Shown here piece after piece: positions 26,374-29,902 of a DNA stretch of 29,902 nucleotides (position 1 is its first letter; each line of letters starts with the position of its first letter). The notes below the pieces were generated by a model. That model made no database searches, was not told the DNA's origin, and saw only the letters and a list, made by a program, of their open reading frames with translations. This DNA is from a virus (lineage: Duplodnaviria > Caudoviricetes). Both the position numbers and the translations under genes were made by a program. The DNA is taken from IMG/VR virus record IMGVR_UViG_3300050033_000510, positions 1 through 29,902 of that record, one strand, 5' to 3'.

Positions 26374-28316
26374 TTATCCTCCGGATTTACTTTAGCTGTA
26401 GACGCAGTACCTATTATTTGCTGGAATCTACTTAGACCTTTTGAAGTCTTTGAATTACTAACTGCATTTGTAACTGAACTTGGTATTTCAGCCTTTTTTG
26501 TTACGGCGTTAGCCAACAATGAAGATTTTGGTTTTGGCGCAGCAGGCTTTGTTGGCTGTTTAGGTGCTGGTGCTGGCTTTGCCGCAGGTGCAGGTGCCGA
26601 CGTAGGCTCTGGCTGAGGCTCAGCTTGAGGTGCTTGTGCTGGAGGCTCAGGTGCAGTCTCCTGGGGCTTGGCCTCTGGTGCCACTTCTTCCTTCGCTTCA
26701 CCGAGGCAATTATCTACAACCTTGTTTATGGTATTTTCAGATATTTCGTTCTTATCTAAAATTCCAACGTATAGTAAATTTAGGAAATTACCTAATATGG
26801 TTTTATACTGATCTCTATTATCAGATTCTTTTAATTTAATCAGAGATTCAACTCTCTTCTGTAGTATCTTTAAGTCACCTGAACCGATTTCAGGAACGGA
26901 CTTTATTATTTCTATCAAGTCGTTATTGATGCGATTCAAATCCAGGCATGAATCTGATTGTAAATCAGCATCTATAGTTTTTGCGAATTCTTCAATTCTA
27001 TCGGTGATATTTTCAGCCGCAACATTTGTGATAGTTTCGACAGACTTATCAACCTGACTAGAATCGCCGCCATTTGTATTATGCATCATCGATGTTAGCT
27101 GCTTAAGTAGATTATCAAATAACCCCTTCATTAGCTTTCTGAATTCATCCGACGACATTCCATTAACAATCTTTTGACTTGCATTAGCAACTGAATTCTT
27201 ATCCAATTGAGTAGAAGCCATATTCTTGATCAAACCCTGAACCTCAGGTTTGATCTTCTGAGCTAGATTAATCTTAGCCGAATCGTTTGCCTTCTTACCT
27301 TTTTTGAGTTCAGCCTGTCTGATAATCTCAGGTCCGATTTTCCAGAGTTCTTCCTGTGGTACCAAAACACCGGCACGATTCACTCCCATTGCTTCGTTCA
27401 GGATGCCACTTAGATCTTCATTTACAAATTCATCTTTCTTTATTTTACCAGAACTATAGTATCCATCTGATTCTAGAGTATGATATATTCCACCCTTGAC
27501 TATTATTTGATTCTTAGAATAATCCTTAAGCAAAATAGCTTTTAGCGTTTCGATTGAAATATTTGGATTATCTCTAATATCTAAAATCCCACCTACGTAG
27601 ATTGGACTATCGACGGCGACATCCTTTAGATCGCAGCCTCTGAAACTCACATTACCTTTGATTGGGGTCTTAGACTTCCAACCCTTTAGTGAATTTAGCT
27701 TAGTGAATTTTAGGTCGATTGAGTAGTTGGCGTCATTCTTTCCAGTTGTTTCTGGTAGACCTTCAAGGGTTTCAATTTGATTCTTACCCTTGACGAACTC
27801 TAAAGACTTAACCTTCTTTGGGAAATACCTAAAGGAAACGAAAGAAGAGTAACTACACTTAACATCACCTTTAACTTCCACAATGGAAATATCAGGGAAT
27901 GCAGTGGCACCCGAATTGGCTAAGTCAACATTCTTGTTAATGACGATACCAGCGCCGTCTTCTTCTGTTTTTGCTGGTAGTAGCGTCTTATCTTTGAAAG
28001 CCCTAGCCAATGAAACATCAATATTTGAATTTTCATCTGAGAAAACACTTGAATCTCCAGATATTATCCGAAGTAGTAATTTTCTTTCGTCTTCATCTAA
28101 GTGTTTCCATTCGTTGCTAATTTTACTTTTCAAATCAGCACTTAGTAAATTGGAAACTCTATTAATTCCATTACGGAGAATACTTTCCGTAACTGGTTCT
28201 AAATCATATGAGGATAAGTCTAATGCGCTTTCATAATTAGGCTTCTTTGGCAGTTCAGTTGAATTAGATTCAACAGCATTCATCAATTTATCAAATTCAT
28301 CGAGATCCTGGTACAT
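26370..28316 (-). CDS. Large late protein with LRR-like segment, helical domain and Pro/Ala tail
   Basis: VKGDVKCS, QIETLEGLP, KLNSLKG, VGGILDIRDNP; VTES and LNEA sites. Confidence 0.68.
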   Translation of the reverse strand: MYQDLDEFDKLMNAVESNSTELPKKPNYESALDLSSYDLEPVTESILRNGINRVSNLLSADLKSKISNEWKHLDEDERKLLLRIISGDSSVFSDENSNIDVSLARAFKDKTLLPAKTEEDGAGIVINKNVDLANSGATAFPDISIVEVKGDVKCSYSSFVSFRYFPKKVKSLEFVKGKNQIETLEGLPETTGKNDANYSIDLKFTKLNSLKGWKSKTPIKGNVSFRGCDLKDVAVDSPIYVGGILDIRDNPNISIETLKAILLKDYSKNQIIVKGGIYHTLESDGYYSSGKIKKDEFVNEDLSGILNEAMGVNRAGVLVPQEELWKIGPEIIRQAELKKGKKANDSAKINLAQKIKPEVQGLIKNMASTQLDKNSVANASQKIVNGMSSDEFRKLMKGLFDNLLKQLTSMMHNTNGGDSSQVDKSVETITNVAAENITDRIEEFAKTIDADLQSDSCLDLNRINNDLIEIIKSVPEIGSGDLKILQKRVESLIKLKESDNRDQYKTILGNFLNLLYVGILDKNEISENTINKVVDNCLGEAKEEVAPEAKPQETAPEPPAQAPQAEPQPEPTSAPAPAAKPAPAPKQPTKPAAPKPKSSLLANAVTKKAEIPSSVTNAVSNSKTSKGLSRFQQIIGTASTAKVNPEDK

Positions 28317-28331
28317 TTTTACCTCGGCTAA

Positions 28332-28338
28332 TATTTAG
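28332..28338 (-). promoter_or_regulatory. Late promoter CTAAATA
   Basis: Followed by SD GAGGT and ATG 28316. Confidence 0.75.
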
Positions 28339-28359
28339 GCGTAAATGGTATTTAATTTA

Positions 28360-29307
28360 TTATGCTCGTCCAAATGGAGGAGGTCTAAAGCGAGGAGAGT
28401 CACTTATATTAGGTGTTCCAGGTGCGACGGTATCAGGTCTATAGGTAATAGAATCCTTCTTAGATATGCTTCCTTCATGAGTTCCATATGGGTGATTTGG
28501 ATTACCCCAATATCTTTCATGGTCGTCATCACTTACTGGTATTGGCTGGTTTTCAATATTAGGTCCGACGTTAAGATCTGTGTATCTGTCGAACTTGTCT
28601 TCAATGTACCCTTCAGTATTAAATCCATTGTTCTGGACTTCAGCTGTAACGTCACGGTGATCGTCACGGTACTGTCTAAGTGTTATTCCAAAGAAGTATT
28701 TTCTCTGTAGAAATGTCTGATCTGGGATTTCAACTCTCAAATCAGTTATTTCATACATTAAATTATTCCATTCAGGTTTAATTAAATCACTAGCTTTAGG
28801 GAATATTTGAGCTTTTGAATACCCTTTATAATTAAATTGAGCTTCTCCTCTTTCAGATATAATTGGATTATGATCAATTGGATCTAATGCTGGAGCAACT
28901 CCATATCTCTGTAAACTAGCATAATTCATTTCGAAGAATGTCATTCTATGTAGAAATACATTTATTTCATCCATTCCCTCAAATACAAATCTACCGAATT
29001 TAACCTTATCTGCTGCAATTGTTTCGTCTCCCACCATTTTAATGTGGAAGACTCTATTCATTGTTTGGGTTGGGTCTTCGTGATATATTGGATCCCTAAC
29101 AGTATCTAATGTAGAAACGTAATATGTGCATTGCACTCCATTAACGTCAGTATATTCACCTGCTAAATTATCGTGGGTGACTTGATCTGCGAATCTATTA
29201 TGCATTTGATTATAAGGATTAAATGCATCTCTTACATTAATACCCATTTCAGCTAACTGTTCAGCAGACCAATTACCCTTAAAATACAAAGACATATTAG
29301 CATTCAT
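28360..29307 (-). CDS. gp14: Neck protein (T4 gp14-like)
   Basis: GVQCTYY..DPIYHED..KFG..DEI...PKASDLI...MYEIT. Confidence 0.78.
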   Translation of the reverse strand: MNANMSLYFKGNWSAEQLAEMGINVRDAFNPYNQMHNRFADQVTHDNLAGEYTDVNGVQCTYYVSTLDTVRDPIYHEDPTQTMNRVFHIKMVGDETIAADKVKFGRFVFEGMDEINVFLHRMTFFEMNYASLQRYGVAPALDPIDHNPIISERGEAQFNYKGYSKAQIFPKASDLIKPEWNNLMYEITDLRVEIPDQTFLQRKYFFGITLRQYRDDHRDVTAEVQNNGFNTEGYIEDKFDRYTDLNVGPNIENQPIPVSDDDHERYWGNPNHPYGTHEGSISKKDSITYRPDTVAPGTPNISDSPRFRPPPFGRA

Positions 29308-29313
29308 CTAGAA

Positions 29314-29362
29314 TATTTAGGATCACTGAAAAAATCAATGTTTATCTTAATCAACCTAAATA
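29314..29362. promoter_or_regulatory. Divergent late promoters CTAAATA (29314-29320 minus, 29356-29362 plus)
   Basis: Precede gp14 (leaderless, 6 nt) and the sheath gene (SD AGGAG). Confidence 0.8.
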
Positions 29363-29385
29363 TTACCAAAACTAGGAGTTTCTTC

Positions 29386-29902
29386 ATGGTAAAAAATCAA
29401 CTAAAGGGAGCGGCTGGAGTCCAGATTAATATCACGGATATATCTGGTCGCCCTAATACTACTGCAGTTCCATATCGTATTGGCTTAGTTGGATGGACCC
29501 CTAAGGGACCTTCTAATACTCCAGTTGTAATCACAAATGAAAATGATCTATATTCTATCTTCGGAACCCCTGCAGGCTATAAGCCATATCAGGTCTATTT
29601 GCTACACAATGCAAAGATTCTACTAAATGCTGGAGCGCAGGTTGTAATTGTTCGTACAGTTGATGGAACCATCGGATCTACAACCGCAACCGAAGTCTTG
29701 AATTTTGGAGTGTATCACATTCCAACCTCTGGAGCCCCTACGATAAGTCAGGTAGATGCTTCGTTGGCTCTTAAGGCTATTTCTAACAACATTGATGTTG
29801 CGATAGCTACCAAGAAGAAGCAGGTTTTGGCTGCATCTGCAGATACTAATTCCCCTTTCAGCATCTTCCTACAGTATCCTGGATTTGATGGATACTACGT
29901 CA
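29386..29902 (+). CDS. gp18: Tail sheath protein (gp18-like), runs off right edge
   Basis: Not in ORF track. MVKNQLKGAAGVQINITDISG..IGLVGWTPKGPSNTPVVITNENDLYSIFGTP..VVIVRTV. Confidence 0.88.
   Translation, partial: MVKNQLKGAAGVQINITDISGRPNTTAVPYRIGLVGWTPKGPSNTPVVITNENDLYSIFGTPAGYKPYQVYLLHNAKILLNAGAQVVIVRTVDGTIGSTTATEVLNFGVYHIPTSGAPTISQVDASLALKAISNNIDVAIATKKKQVLAASADTNSPFSIFLQYPGFDGYYV

Noticed and set aside
82-28710. Short antisense or nested ORFs in the track (e.g. 82..357, 7911..8213, 8035..8301, 17353..17631, 24599..24970, 27883..28236, 28345..28710)
   Set aside because: They are shadows of longer genes with recognisable motifs and lack promoter/SD support.
1-29902. Alternative genetic code, tRNAs or large ncRNAs
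   Set aside because: Standard code gives dense, complete genes using TAA, TAG and TGA stops. Intergenic gaps are short and no cloverleaf was seen by eye.

Overview
AT-rich, gene-dense segment of a large T4-like (myovirus, probably jumbo) phage genome. The right end holds core morphogenesis genes in a non-T4 order: gp15 tail terminator, large terminase, gp14 neck protein, start of gp18 tail sheath. The left two-thirds interleave two gene classes. (1) Late genes follow a (C)TAAATA promoter, are mostly leaderless, and often start with a shared tag MK(I/L/V)(L/I)Y(R/K)Gx(L/I)YE(A/S). They carry ADP-ribosyltransferase-like, GNAT, ankyrin, metallopeptidase and SWIM domains and are probably head-packaged, protease-matured, injected effectors. 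(2) Sigma70-type operons, usually on the opposite strand. Every degenerate paralog of a core virion protein that I could recognise (two or three major-capsid-like, one fused to a prohead-protease-like domain, and one terminase-ATPase-like) lies downstream of the same TGCTACAAT promoter. This suggests a candidate immune-decoy system. Family assignments come from recalled motifs and by-eye alignment, not database searches.
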